64,000 nt of DNA, from contig JAHRWA010000010.1 in the NCBI GenBank assembly GCA_019090455.1, forward strand, positions 211,366 through 275,365, written 5' to 3'. Positions within the stretch are counted from its first letter, which is position 1. Every line of letters begins with the position of its first letter. Under the pieces are notes generated by a model. The model did not search any database, had not been told where the DNA came from, and saw nothing but the letters and a program-made list of their open reading frames with translations. Below, in pieces: positions 21,117 through 31,302 of this stretch. This DNA is from Pseudomonadales bacterium (GTDB taxonomy: Bacteria > Pseudomonadota > Gammaproteobacteria > Pseudomonadales > DC-out160). Made by a program: the position numbers and the translations under genes.

Positions 21117-23954
21117 TCACTCAATATTAAATGCTTCGTTTAACAGTTTTTCTTGCTGTTCTGCATGTACCGACAAATACCCTGCAGCCGGTGCAGCCGA
21201 CGCTTCTCGACCGGTATAATGTAAATAAACCGAACTTTTGTGCCTTGTAACAACGTGCCTCATATGATGTTGACTGCAATACCAAGCACCCTGATTCATT
21301 GGCTCTTCTTGACACCACACTACATGCTCCAGATTCTCGTATTGACTAATGGCTTGTTGTAGATCCAATTCTGGAAATGGATAAAGTTGTTCGATACGTA
21401 GAATGGCTATGTCAGGACGATTCTCGATTCGACGTTTTTCATACAAGTCATAAAAAACACGTCCTGAACACATAATGAGGCGAGTGACTTTGTCAGAATC
21501 AATATTATCTATTTCTGGAATGACAGTTTCAAAGCTACCTTCAGTTAAATTTTCCAACGACGAAACACATAGCTTATGCCGTAACAGACTCTTGGGCGTC
21601 ATAACTATAAGCGGCTTTCGAAGTGGTCTAATCGCTTGACGTCGCAGTAAATGAAATATTTGTGCTGGTGTACTGGGAACACAGACTTGAATATTTTGCT
21701 CGGCGGACAATTGAAGAAACCGCTCTAACCTCGCTGAAGAATGCTCTGGGCCTTGTCCTTCGTAACCGTGTGGCAGCAACATAACAAGACCACAAACACG
21801 CGACCATTTATGCTCACCCGATGAGATAAACTGATCAATGACGACTTGTGCTCCATTCGCAAAATCACCAAATTGCGCTTCCCAAATAACCAGGCCGTGA
21901 GGGCATGTAGTTGCATATCCATATTCAAAGGCAAGCACAGCTTCCTCTGACAATAAGGAGTCATACATCACCATGCTCGTCCCCTCCTCCGGAATGGATG
22001 AGAGAGGCATATAAGATTCGCCATTTTTCTGATTGTGCAATACAGCGTACCGATGAGAAAACGTTCCTCGCCCACAGTCTTGACCAGTAAACCGTATGCT
22101 GTGTCCTTCTGACAACAAACTAGCGTAAGCTGCTATCTCCGCATAACCCCAGTTAATTTCCGACGCACCCGCAGTCATTTTTCGGCGGTCTTCCATAATC
22201 TTCGCTACTTGTCGTTGTAACACGAAGCCATCAGGCAGCGCATCTAGCTTCTGCGCCAATTCCTGCAAACGCTTTAGATCGAATTTAGTGTTAGCGCTAG
22301 AGATCCAATCGTGCCCAATGAAGGGAGACCAATCTACAAACAACTCTTCATTAGGCTCTCGTACTAGACTTTTCGCGACGTGCTGACCATCGTCCAGTGC
22401 TTCACGAAAGTCATTCATCATGTCGGTAATTTGCTTCTCAGAGAGCACGCCCTCTACAATTAATCGGTCAGAGTACAGTTTTCTCACCGTTTGCTGTTTC
22501 TTTATCGCTTGATACATCAGTGGTTGAGTACCAGACGGCTCGTCGGTTTCATTGTGGCCCGATCGTCGATAGCAAATCAGATCAATAACAACGTCTTTCT
22601 TATACTGCATTCGAAAATCAACAGCCATCTGTGTCACAAATATGACGGCTTCAGGGTCATCGCCATTGACATGAAAAATAGGCGCCTGAACCATTTTCGC
22701 TACATCAGTACAATACTCTGTTGAGCGCGCATCATCTTGGCGGCTAGTCGTAAACCCGACTTGATTATTAATGATGATATGTATCGTTCCCCCGGTACGA
22801 AATCCACGGGTTTGTGACATTTGAAAAGTTTCCATGACCACACCCTGGCCAGCAAAAGCAGCATCACCATGCAAGATCACTGGGACAACAACATCCCCCT
22901 CACTATCATTACGCCTATCTTGTCGCGCTCTTACAGAACCTTCTACGACAGGTCCAACTATTTCCAAATGAGAAGGGTTAAATGCCAAAGCCAGATGGAC
23001 TTCTCCGCCCGGCGTCGTTACATTCGATGAGAATCCTTGATGATATTTCACATCACCGGATCCACTAGCCGCAAAACTCTTACCTTCAAACTCTTCAAAC
23101 AAATCCGAAGGGTTTTTCCCTAAAATATTGACGAGTAGATTTAATCGTCCTCGATGAGCCATACCCATCACTATTTCTTTTACTTCATATCCACCCACAC
23201 GCTGTATCATTTCATCGATAAGTGGGATGAGGGCATCGGCTCCTTCTAATCCAAAACGTTTATATCCTGGATACTTTGAAGCTAATGATTTTTCTAACCC
23301 TTCCGCAGCAGTTAAACGTTCTAATATATGAATTTTGACGGTGTCACTGTAATCAGGATGGGATCGAACGGACTCCATCCGCTGTTGAATCCAGCGTTTT
23401 TCTTCCGTATCGACAATGTGCATATATTCAACGCCGATACTAGTACAATAAGTACTTTCCATCGCCGTAATTATTTGACTTAGAGTCGCTTCCTCTCGGC
23501 CAATAAACAAACTCCCGGTATTGAAGGTAGTTTCATCATCAGCGATGGATAGACCATGATGGGAAAGTTCTAAATCAGGTACCTGTTCTCGAGCCATGAG
23601 ATCGAGCGGATCTAATGCCGCTCGTTGGTGCCCTCTAACGCGATAAGCGGTAATGAGCTGAAGCACTTTAACTTGCTTTTTTTCATGTTCAGTAGTCACT
23701 GAAGAAATCGCAATCGGTTGAACCCGATTACTATTTTTCGCTAAATAGAGGAAATGTTCACGAACAGTGGAGTGCGGTACATCTTGATTAATATTCCCAT
23801 CGACCTTCGGAAGCTTATCAAATATCTCGCGCCAATCCTCGGACACGGAATTGGGATCGAGTAGATAGGATTCAAAAAGTTCTTCGACATAGTGTGCATT
23901 CCCACCAAAAAGATGAGACGAACGCCACTGCCGATACATCAAACCGTCAGCCAT
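21117..23954 (-). CDS. sucA: 2-oxoglutarate dehydrogenase E1
   Basis: GMAHRGRLN, GDVKYH, HGDAAFAGQG, WEAQFGDF, GPEHSSAR. Confidence 0.97.
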   Translation of the reverse strand: MADGLMYRQWRSSHLFGGNAHYVEELFESYLLDPNSVSEDWREIFDKLPKVDGNINQDVPHSTVREHFLYLAKNSNRVQPIAISSVTTEHEKKQVKVLQLITAYRVRGHQRAALDPLDLMAREQVPDLELSHHGLSIADDETTFNTGSLFIGREEATLSQIITAMESTYCTSIGVEYMHIVDTEEKRWIQQRMESVRSHPDYSDTVKIHILERLTAAEGLEKSLASKYPGYKRFGLEGADALIPLIDEMIQRVGGYEVKEIVMGMAHRGRLNLLVNILGKNPSDLFEEFEGKSFAASGSGDVKYHQGFSSNVTTPGGEVHLALAFNPSHLEIVGPVVEGSVRARQDRRNDSEGDVVVPVILHGDAAFAGQGVVMETFQMSQTRGFRTGGTIHIIINNQVGFTTSRQDDARSTEYCTDVAKMVQAPIFHVNGDDPEAVIFVTQMAVDFRMQYKKDVVIDLICYRRSGHNETDEPSGTQPLMYQAIKKQQTVRKLYSDRLIVEGVLSEKQITDMMNDFREALDDGQHVAKSLVREPNEELFVDWSPFIGHDWISSANTKFDLKRLQELAQKLDALPDGFVLQRQVAKIMEDRRKMTAGASEINWGYAEIAAYASLLSEGHSIRFTGQDCGRGTFSHRYAVLHNQKNGESYMPLSSIPEEGTSMVMYDSLLSEEAVLAFEYGYATTCPHGLVIWEAQFGDFANGAQVVIDQFISSGEHKWSRVCGLVMLLPHGYEGQGPEHSSARLERFLQLSAEQNIQVCVPSTPAQIFHLLRRQAIRPLRKPLIVMTPKSLLRHKLCVSSLENLTEGSFETVIPEIDNIDSDKVTRLIMCSGRVFYDLYEKRRIENRPDIAILRIEQLYPFPELDLQQAISQYENLEHVVWCQEEPMNQGAWYCSQHHMRHVVTRHKSSVYLHYTGREASAAPAAGYLSVHAEQQEKLLNEAFNIE

Positions 23955-24115
23955 CGCAGTTTACCTTAATTTATGTCAATTGAACTTCTGCGCGCAAAGG
24001 AACAGAGCGGGTAATAAAACACGCTCTAAAATAACAGTAGCAGCTCTTTTAAAAAAACGAGAACTCTACTGTTTATGTTAGTGTTTTTAATATCACAATG
24101 AACGTGAACAGCCGC

Positions 24116-24823
24116 CTAAACACCCTGCTGAAGTAGCATTTTACGAATATGGCCAATCGCCTTTGTTGGATTTAATCCTTTAGGGCAGACATCAACGCAA
24201 TTCATAATACCGCGGCACCTAAACAAGCTGAAAGGATCATTCAGATCGGCCAATCGTTCACTAGTCGCAGTATCCCGACTATCAATTAAGAATCGATATG
24301 CCTGCAGTAGGCCAGAGGGTCCTACAAATTTATCGGGGTTCCACCAGAATGACGGACAAGCGGTGGAGCAGCACGCACAGAGAATACACTCGTACAGCCC
24401 ATCCAATTTATCTCGCTCTTCTGGTGATTGAAGCCTTTCAATGGCAGGGGCAGGCGTATCATTAATCAGATAAGGTTTAATTTTTTCGTATTGCTGATAG
24501 AACAGGGTCAAGTCAACAACCAAATCACGAATGACAGGTAAGCCTGGCAATGGCCTGACAACCAGTGGCTTATTTCCTTTAACTACATCCGATATTGCCG
24601 TGACGCAAGCAAGACCGTTCTTTCCATTTATATTCATGCCATCAGAGCCGCACACACCTTCACGGCAAGAGCGGCGGTAAGACAACGTTGGGTCTTGCTC
24701 TTTAATTAAACTCAAAACATCTAAAACCATCAAGTCTTTACCACCGGTATCAACTTGGTAGTCCTTCATATGAGGTTCGGAATCGATCTCTGGATTGTAT
24801 CGGTAAATACTTACCTTAAGCAT
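24116..24823 (-). CDS. sdhB: Succinate dehydrogenase iron-sulfur subunit
   Basis: SCREGVCGSDG, CILCACCSTACP, CRGIMNCVDVCP. Confidence 0.97.
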   Translation of the reverse strand: MLKVSIYRYNPEIDSEPHMKDYQVDTGGKDLMVLDVLSLIKEQDPTLSYRRSCREGVCGSDGMNINGKNGLACVTAISDVVKGNKPLVVRPLPGLPVIRDLVVDLTLFYQQYEKIKPYLINDTPAPAIERLQSPEERDKLDGLYECILCACCSTACPSFWWNPDKFVGPSGLLQAYRFLIDSRDTATSERLADLNDPFSLFRCRGIMNCVDVCPKGLNPTKAIGHIRKMLLQQGV

Positions 24824-24849
24824 TGTCTAAAGCCACCCTTAAACGGAGA

Positions 24850-26622
24850 TTAATAGGTTCTGATTTTTGGCTGAAATGTGTCGACTTGTTTCGGGGAAAA
24901 GTTGACATCACGCTTGCCCAGTTTTTTTGTGGTTGGATCATAAATGGAATGCACTAACCAGTTTTCATCATCTCGATCAGGGTAATCATATCGAGAGTGG
25001 GCACCACGACTTTCTGTTCTGGCTTCCGCAGCTATTGCCGTAGCCTCAGCAACTTCTAATAAGTTATCCAGCTCTAGCGCTTCAATTCTCGCAGTATTAT
25101 AGGCACTACTCTTATCAGTGAGATGTCCATTTGCAATTCGTTCTCGAATGTCCGCCAATTTCGCAACACCTTCTTGCATCAAGTCGCCTTTTCGAAATAC
25201 CCCAAAATGATTTTGCATAGTCATTTGGAGATCTTTTCTTAATGTGGGGATATCTTCGCCGCTTTTTGACACTTCCCAACGATTCAGACGTGTTTCAGCT
25301 GATTCCATATCAGATGCAGACACATCTCTATGCTCTATTCCGTCTTTGAGTGCTTTCTCGATATAGATACCGGCAGCTCGCCCAAATACCACGAGATCCA
25401 GAAGTGAGTTACCACCTAGTCTATTTGCACCATGGACAGACACACAGGCCACCTCACCGACAGCGAATAACCCATCAATCACTTTATCATTACCGTCAGC
25501 ATCAACGGATAACGCTTGCCCATTAATATTTGTTGGAATACCACCCATCATATAGTGGCATGTAGGAACCACTGGAACGGGTTCCTTAACTGGATCGGCT
25601 TGAGCAAAGGTAATTGAAAGCTCACAAATACCAGGTAGCCTCTTATGTAAAACATCTGCACCTAAGTGATCCAATTTAAGATAGACGTGATCCCCGTCCG
25701 GCCCACAACCTCGGCCGTCGAGTATCTCCATCATCATAGAGCGCGCAACTACGTCACGCCCTGCAAGATCTTTTGCATTTGGCGCGTAACGCTCCATAAA
25801 ACGTTCGCCATCTTTATTAACAAGATAACCACCTTCGCCGCGACACCCTTCTGTGACCAATACACCCGCACCTGCGATACCTGTGGGGTGAAACTGCCAC
25901 ATTTCTATATCTTGAACAGGGAAGCCAGCTCGTAAAGCCATGCCAACACCATCACCTGTATTGATGAGTGCATTTGTCGTAGAAGAATAGATACGACCTG
26001 ATCCGCCAGTTGCCATCACCGTCGCTTTTGATTTAAAGAAAACAAATTCACCGGTTTCAATACTGCAAGCTATAACACCACAGATGGCATTATCCTGATT
26101 CTTGACTAATTCTACGGCGTACCACTCGTTAAAGAACACCGTATTGTGCATTAGGTTTTGCTGATAAAGCGTATGAAGAAGAGCATGACCCGTTCTATCG
26201 GCAGCAGCACAAGTTCTAGCTGCCTGCCCACCTTCACCAAAATTCTTAGACTGACCGCCAAAAGGCCTTTGATAAATACGCCCTTCTTCAGTTCGAGAAA
26301 AAGGCATACCCATATGATCTAACTCATACACAGCCTCGGGTCCTACATTACACATATACTCGATCGCATCTTGATCTCCAATGTAATCGGAACCTTTAAC
26401 GGTATCGTACATATGCCAACGCCAATCATCATTGGGATCATCGCTAGCAATCGCACATGTAATTCCACCTTGTGCAGAAACAGTATGGGATCGAGTAGGA
26501 AATACCTTAGATATTAAAGCTGTCTTTTGGCCAGACTGCGCTAACTGAAGCGCTGCTCGCATTCCAGCACCACCACCTCCAACAATAACCGCATCATACG
26601 TGACCGTTCGAATATTAGTCAT
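24850..26622 (-). CDS. sdhA: Succinate dehydrogenase flavoprotein subunit
   Basis: [36 protein letters not shown] at 26622. Confidence 0.97.
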   Translation of the reverse strand: MTNIRTVTYDAVIVGGGGAGMRAALQLAQSGQKTALISKVFPTRSHTVSAQGGITCAIASDDPNDDWRWHMYDTVKGSDYIGDQDAIEYMCNVGPEAVYELDHMGMPFSRTEEGRIYQRPFGGQSKNFGEGGQAARTCAAADRTGHALLHTLYQQNLMHNTVFFNEWYAVELVKNQDNAICGVIACSIETGEFVFFKSKATVMATGGSGRIYSSTTNALINTGDGVGMALRAGFPVQDIEMWQFHPTGIAGAGVLVTEGCRGEGGYLVNKDGERFMERYAPNAKDLAGRDVVARSMMMEILDGRGCGPDGDHVYLKLDHLGADVLHKRLPGICELSITFAQADPVKEPVPVVPTCHYMMGGIPTNINGQALSVDADGNDKVIDGLFAVGEVACVSVHGANRLGGNSLLDLVVFGRAAGIYIEKALKDGIEHRDVSASDMESAETRLNRWEVSKSGEDIPTLRKDLQMTMQNHFGVFRKGDLMQEGVAKLADIRERIANGHLTDKSSAYNTARIEALELDNLLEVAEATAIAAEARTESRGAHSRYDYPDRDDENWLVHSIYDPTTKKLGKRDVNFSPKQVDTFQPKIRTY

Positions 26623-26625
26623 CAA

Positions 26626-26970
26626 TTACACACTCCACAATATTTGAAAAGCCCATATAACATAAACAAATGTCGCCACTCCACACGCGATTAGATATAT
26701 CGCTCGTATCAACAATGGCTTGATATAATCAGTGGCTATTGTCCAGAGGCCGATCCAAGCGTGAGCCGCAATTGAGATCACGGCTAACAATGTAAAAATC
26801 TTCAAAGGCAAGCATGACATGAATTCTTTCCACGTTTCATAACTTGCTTCAGAAGCACAAAAGAAATAGCTCGCAATCACTACTACATAAACAGCCAATA
26901 ATACTGCAGTGAATCGTTGAATTATCCAATCTGACATTCCACTACGGCTTAAATTAGTAACCGTTACCAT
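26626..26970 (-). CDS. sdhD: Succinate dehydrogenase membrane anchor subunit
   Basis: MVTVTNLSRSG, DWIIQR, HAWIG, TDY; start overlaps the sdhC end. Confidence 0.93.
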   Translation of the reverse strand: MVTVTNLSRSGMSDWIIQRFTAVLLAVYVVVIASYFFCASEASYETWKEFMSCLPLKIFTLLAVISIAAHAWIGLWTIATDYIKPLLIRAIYLIACGVATFVYVIWAFQILWSV

Positions 26971-27359
26971 ATCCAAACTCCTGCCGCTAATATAAGGACC
27001 GCCGATATTCCCAAAGTGAGAAATGCAAGTCGTCGCGCGCCCTCGAGGCTTTCACCAATACCCACATCTATTATTAGATGCTTAATACCAGCCACAAAAT
27101 GATAAATCAGGCCGGCCATAATCACCCAAAGAATCAATTTTGCAAACGTTCCGCTCAACAGAATTTGCAATGCATCATAGGACTGTTGCGAGGCAAGTGA
27201 CTCTTGTAATACCCAAAGCACAACAGGGATTGCAAGAAAAAGTACGAATCCACTAATTCGATGCGGCATGGATGCCATTGCCGTTATCGGCCATCGAAAA
27301 GAGGCTAAATCTAAGTTAACTGGTCGTTTGTCAATCACGGTTTCATGACGTCCTTTCAT
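26964..27359 (-). CDS. sdhC: Succinate dehydrogenase cytochrome b556 subunit
   Basis: KRPVNLDL, HRISG, YHFVAGIKHL; alternative start GTG 27338. Confidence 0.93.
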   Translation of the reverse strand: MKGRHETVIDKRPVNLDLASFRWPITAMASMPHRISGFVLFLAIPVVLWVLQESLASQQSYDALQILLSGTFAKLILWVIMAGLIYHFVAGIKHLIIDVGIGESLEGARRLAFLTLGISAVLILAAGVWIW

Positions 27360-27849
27360 AGAGCCCTAGTAAGGGGCAAGTCGCTGAAGGAATGCACTGG
27401 AATCTATCAAAAACACCCATTTTCTCCTGAGAAAAGAATGTTTTAGTTCCCTTACAAAATTTCCCGCGAAGTATAATCCTATCATTAAGGTATTACAAAC
27501 CGGCATTCATCCAATCTGATATGAATGACTTTCTTTTCATTAATTTATCTTTTCCCTATAAATTAATGAAAATCTCACAAGTGAATTCGTCTATACTCTT
27601 CGCATGTTTGCTGAGTTTAAAAACAGGACTCAACTTCCTTTTGTAAGATCCGCATCTATTTCACTAATGAGTACGAAATACCTAATCGTCGACGAATAAA
27701 GCACAGCCTTTGCGGTTATTTTTAATACATATAAAGGGGATTTGACGATGGACCTTCGTTTTCATTTGACAAACCAAAGCTAGATCATTACTTTTTGCGC
27801 TGCCTAAAGTACGAGTCAATTTCGCAGCTGTTCGAAACAGGAGAAAAAC

Positions 27850-29136
27850 ATGGTTGATAAGAAAGCCCAATTAAAACTAGAGGGCGGAAAAAAAACCCTT
27901 GAGCTTCCAATATACAGCGGCACACTGGGACCCGACGTGGTTGATGTCCGATCACTAACAGCTGAAGGTGTATTTACATATGACCCCGGCTTTGTTTCTA
28001 CAGCCTCCTGCGAGTCAAAAATCACCTTCATCGATGGCGGTAAAGGAGTTTTATTACATCGCGGTTATCCAATTGACCAACTAGCCAATAATTCAGACTA
28101 TCTAGAAACCTGCTACCTGCTTTTATACGGTGAGTTACCCACTAAAGAGCAAAAAGAAAAATTCGATGACACTATCATGAATCACACGATGATACATGAG
28201 CAATTAACGCATTTTTATAATGGCTTTCGCCGAGATGCCCACCCTATGGCGGTCATGTGCGGAGTCGTTGGCGCTTTATCCGCCTTTTATCACGACTCTC
28301 TTGATATCGATGATGAACGACATCGAGAAATAGCGGCATTTAGACTAATCGCGAAAATGCCCACTCTTGCCGCCATGTGTTACAAGTACGTCATTGGCCA
28401 ACCGTTTATGTACCCTCGCAACGATTTAGATTATTCCTCAAACTTCTTACATATGATGTTTGGTGTCCCTTCAGAGGAGACCGTAATCAACCCCATCATA
28501 GCGAAAGCAATGGATAAAATATTTATCCTACACGCAGATCATGAGCAAAACGCTTCTACATCAACAGTAAGGTTAGCCGGATCATCCGGAGCTAATCCGT
28601 TTGCTTGCATAGCTGCTGGTATTGCAGCGCTCTGGGGGCCATCACACGGGGGTGCCAACGAAGCCGTACTCAATATGCTTGATGAAATTGGTGATGTATC
28701 CAATGTTGAAAAATTCATTGCTAAAGCCAAAGACAAAAATGACCCTTTCAGGTTAATGGGCTTCGGACATCGCGTTTATAAAAACTTTGACCCTCGTGCA
28801 AAAGTCATGCGAGAGACATGTCATGATGTACTAAAAGAGTTAGGCACTGACGACCCAATGCTAGAATTAGCAATGAAACTTGAAGACATTGCCCTATCTG
28901 ACAGCTACTTTATTGAGAAAAAACTTTATCCAAACGTAGACTTCTATTCAGGCATCATACTCAAAGCTATTGGTATTCCCACTAGTATGTTCACAGTCAT
29001 CTTTGCTTTGGCACGAACAGTAGGATGGATTGCACACTGGAATGAAATGATTAGCGGCCCCTACAAAATTGGTCGGCCTCGCCAGCTCTATACTGGCGCA
29101 GCCAAAAGGGATCATGTTTCTATTGAAGACCGTTAG
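27850..29136 (+). CDS. gltA: Citrate synthase (type II)
   Basis: [32 protein letters not shown]. Confidence 0.97.
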   Translation: MVDKKAQLKLEGGKKTLELPIYSGTLGPDVVDVRSLTAEGVFTYDPGFVSTASCESKITFIDGGKGVLLHRGYPIDQLANNSDYLETCYLLLYGELPTKEQKEKFDDTIMNHTMIHEQLTHFYNGFRRDAHPMAVMCGVVGALSAFYHDSLDIDDERHREIAAFRLIAKMPTLAAMCYKYVIGQPFMYPRNDLDYSSNFLHMMFGVPSEETVINPIIAKAMDKIFILHADHEQNASTSTVRLAGSSGANPFACIAAGIAALWGPSHGGANEAVLNMLDEIGDVSNVEKFIAKAKDKNDPFRLMGFGHRVYKNFDPRAKVMRETCHDVLKELGTDDPMLELAMKLEDIALSDSYFIEKKLYPNVDFYSGIILKAIGIPTSMFTVIFALARTVGWIAHWNEMISGPYKIGRPRQLYTGAAKRDHVSIEDR

Positions 29137-29188
29137 AACATCAGAAGACCGTTAGGATATTGAAAACTAATCTCTGACAATTTTAGAA

Positions 29189-29224
29189 AATAAAAAAAGG
29201 CTACCCAGGTAGCCTTTTTTTATT
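29189..29224. terminator. Bidirectional intrinsic terminator
   Basis: AATAAAAAAAGGCTACC-ca-GGTAGCCTTTTTTTATT between convergent gltA and the S8 peptidase gene. Confidence 0.85.
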
Positions 29225-31088
29225 AATTAGCCCTTCTAAACCCTATCAAGCCCAACAGACTCAACAACCAAAACATAGCGCCACCAAATATTTTCGTAGA
29301 CTGATCATTAGTTTGATCAAAGTCTTGAACATCACTGAACACTAACGCTGAATAACTTTTTCTCCGACTGGTTGTCACCACGTCTATTGCTATGTCTATC
29401 GACTCCCCGACCTCCATAGTACCCAAATCGCAAATTGAACCCTCTTCATTACAAACACCTTGCTGAGATTCAATCACATTTACTATGTCACCAGCAGGAT
29501 AAACAAGATCAACAGCGACATTTATGGCGACTTGAGGCCCAAGGTTAGTCACCTTGGCAATATAATAAACTCGGCCTTCACTTGAAAATAGGCTTTCTCT
29601 TTTGAACTTGCCATCATTACCTACTAACTCCACGGCCAAATTTGCTTGATCTTGAGCTAGAATATCGCCATTAACTAGCAAGGACGCTTGGGCTGCATCT
29701 ACAACTCCAAACCCACAACCTTCGCAGGTACCAGGAAACGGCCTAGCGGTTTCTTTTAACGTTGTTTCAACTTCATCTGGTGTGAGTTCATTATTAATTC
29801 CAAACAAAAGCGCAACCGTACCCGTCACGTGCGGCGTCGCCATACTGGTTCCTTGATAATAAACGTAATTATCGACACCAGGCTGATCACTGCCATCATT
29901 TGCAAGTGAGAGAATTCCATTGGAGTCACTTGAGAAATCCTGCTCTCCCCCTGGTGCTGCTATATCAACTGCATTCCCAAAATTAGAATACACAGCTTTC
30001 TCACCTATTCGATTTGTAGCCGCTACGGTAATAACACCGGTACAGTTTCCCGGTGAATAGCTATCAGCGTTAGCCTCGTTATTTCCTGCAGCTACGATAA
30101 CTACCGCGCCGGCCGCTCTCGCATCTTCAATTGCATCACGATAGGTATTAGAACACGCTGCCGGCTCACTACTGCTTAGGCTTAAATTAATAACTTTCAC
30201 CGGATTAATATTATTCGGTACACCGGCAATGGGCATCCCGACAGCCCAACGAATCGCATCTGCAATATCGGAAGTAAAACCACCACATTTTCCAAGTACT
30301 CTCAAAGGCAATACTTTCGCATTGGGGGCAACACCGGAAACGCCCACATTATTATCGAATACAGCAGCAACAGTTCCAGTAACATGTGTCCCGTGCCAAC
30401 TGCTATTTGTAGACTCTTCTGGAATACCGTTTCCGCATTCGCCAGCGTTCATCGCATCACCTGGATCAGTGGGATCACCATCCCGACCGTCTCCATCGTT
30501 ACCGAAAAATGAAGTCGATACGAAATCATAACCGGGTAAAATATTGTCAACGATATCTTCATGAGGCCTATACCCAGTATCCAATATACCTACCACCACA
30601 CCAGTGGCTAACGTTAAATCCCAAGCTTGCGGTAAATTTATTCCACCAACAGCCTCATAGTAATGCCATTGATCGCTGTATAGTGGATCATTAGGAACAA
30701 ACTGTGGCCACATAATAAGATCTAATTCAACATACTCGACTAAGTCATCTTGCTCCAACTCTCTGACAAGTGCTTCGAGATCTGATCTAGTGGTATCAGG
30801 ATTAACATTCAGTACCTGCTCTCCGCCACTCAGTGATCGGACTCGCGCTAGGGGAATTGATGTCTTTAAGGTAAGTCCAAGCGCCATATCTGCAGTCGAC
30901 GCTCCAGACTGCTGCGTCGCAGTTTCTTTAAACTTAACAATAAGTTGTTTGCTAATCTCGGCCCTGATCGATTGACTGCAAAACAAAAGAACGATAGTTG
31001 TTAGGGAGGCTAATAGGACGCTGGAAGGAGTGTAATCCCATCTAACTGATGGACTCACATTTATCGTAAGGTGTTTGGCTCTTAACAT
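29223..31088 (-). CDS. Secreted S8 (subtilisin-like) serine protease with DUF11-like domain and GlyGly-CTERM sorting signal
   Basis: Catalytic triad motifs ILDTG, WHGTHVTG, GTSMATPHV; prodomain; ..VTNLGP..DLGTMEVGES..; C-terminus GGAMFWLLSLLGLIGFRRAN. Confidence 0.9.
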   Translation of the reverse strand: MLRAKHLTINVSPSVRWDYTPSSVLLASLTTIVLLFCSQSIRAEISKQLIVKFKETATQQSGASTADMALGLTLKTSIPLARVRSLSGGEQVLNVNPDTTRSDLEALVRELEQDDLVEYVELDLIMWPQFVPNDPLYSDQWHYYEAVGGINLPQAWDLTLATGVVVGILDTGYRPHEDIVDNILPGYDFVSTSFFGNDGDGRDGDPTDPGDAMNAGECGNGIPEESTNSSWHGTHVTGTVAAVFDNNVGVSGVAPNAKVLPLRVLGKCGGFTSDIADAIRWAVGMPIAGVPNNINPVKVINLSLSSSEPAACSNTYRDAIEDARAAGAVVIVAAGNNEANADSYSPGNCTGVITVAATNRIGEKAVYSNFGNAVDIAAPGGEQDFSSDSNGILSLANDGSDQPGVDNYVYYQGTSMATPHVTGTVALLFGINNELTPDEVETTLKETARPFPGTCEGCGFGVVDAAQASLLVNGDILAQDQANLAVELVGNDGKFKRESLFSSEGRVYYIAKVTNLGPQVAINVAVDLVYPAGDIVNVIESQQGVCNEEGSICDLGTMEVGESIDIAIDVVTTSRRKSYSALVFSDVQDFDQTNDQSTKIFGGAMFWLLSLLGLIGFRRAN

Positions 31089-31209
31089 AATGATTTACCC
31101 TTATTATTAATTTTTTTGGGCTGGGTATTATTGGGGACTAAATACAGAGGCAATTATAAAGCCGCTTCCATTCAACTTTAGCCCGTAGGCATTCTCAAAC
31201 TAAAAATAA

Positions 31210-31233
31210 CATATCCTTAAAACTAAGGATATG
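31210..31233 (-). terminator. Probable terminator of the Hsp70-like operon
   Basis: CATATCCTTA-aaac-TAAGGATATG followed by TTATTTTT on the minus strand. Confidence 0.5.
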
Positions 31234-31302
31234 AAGGTTACAATTTTAGATTTTTTGGGTTTACGTATAGATACCTTAGTCGCATTCTTACTAGCCAAGG
31301 CA

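Noticed and set aside
29125..29155. 12-bp direct repeat GAAGACCGTTAG at the gltA stop, considered as an att site or target duplication
   Set aside because: The copies are only 7 bp apart with nothing inserted; no integrase and no distant copy seen.
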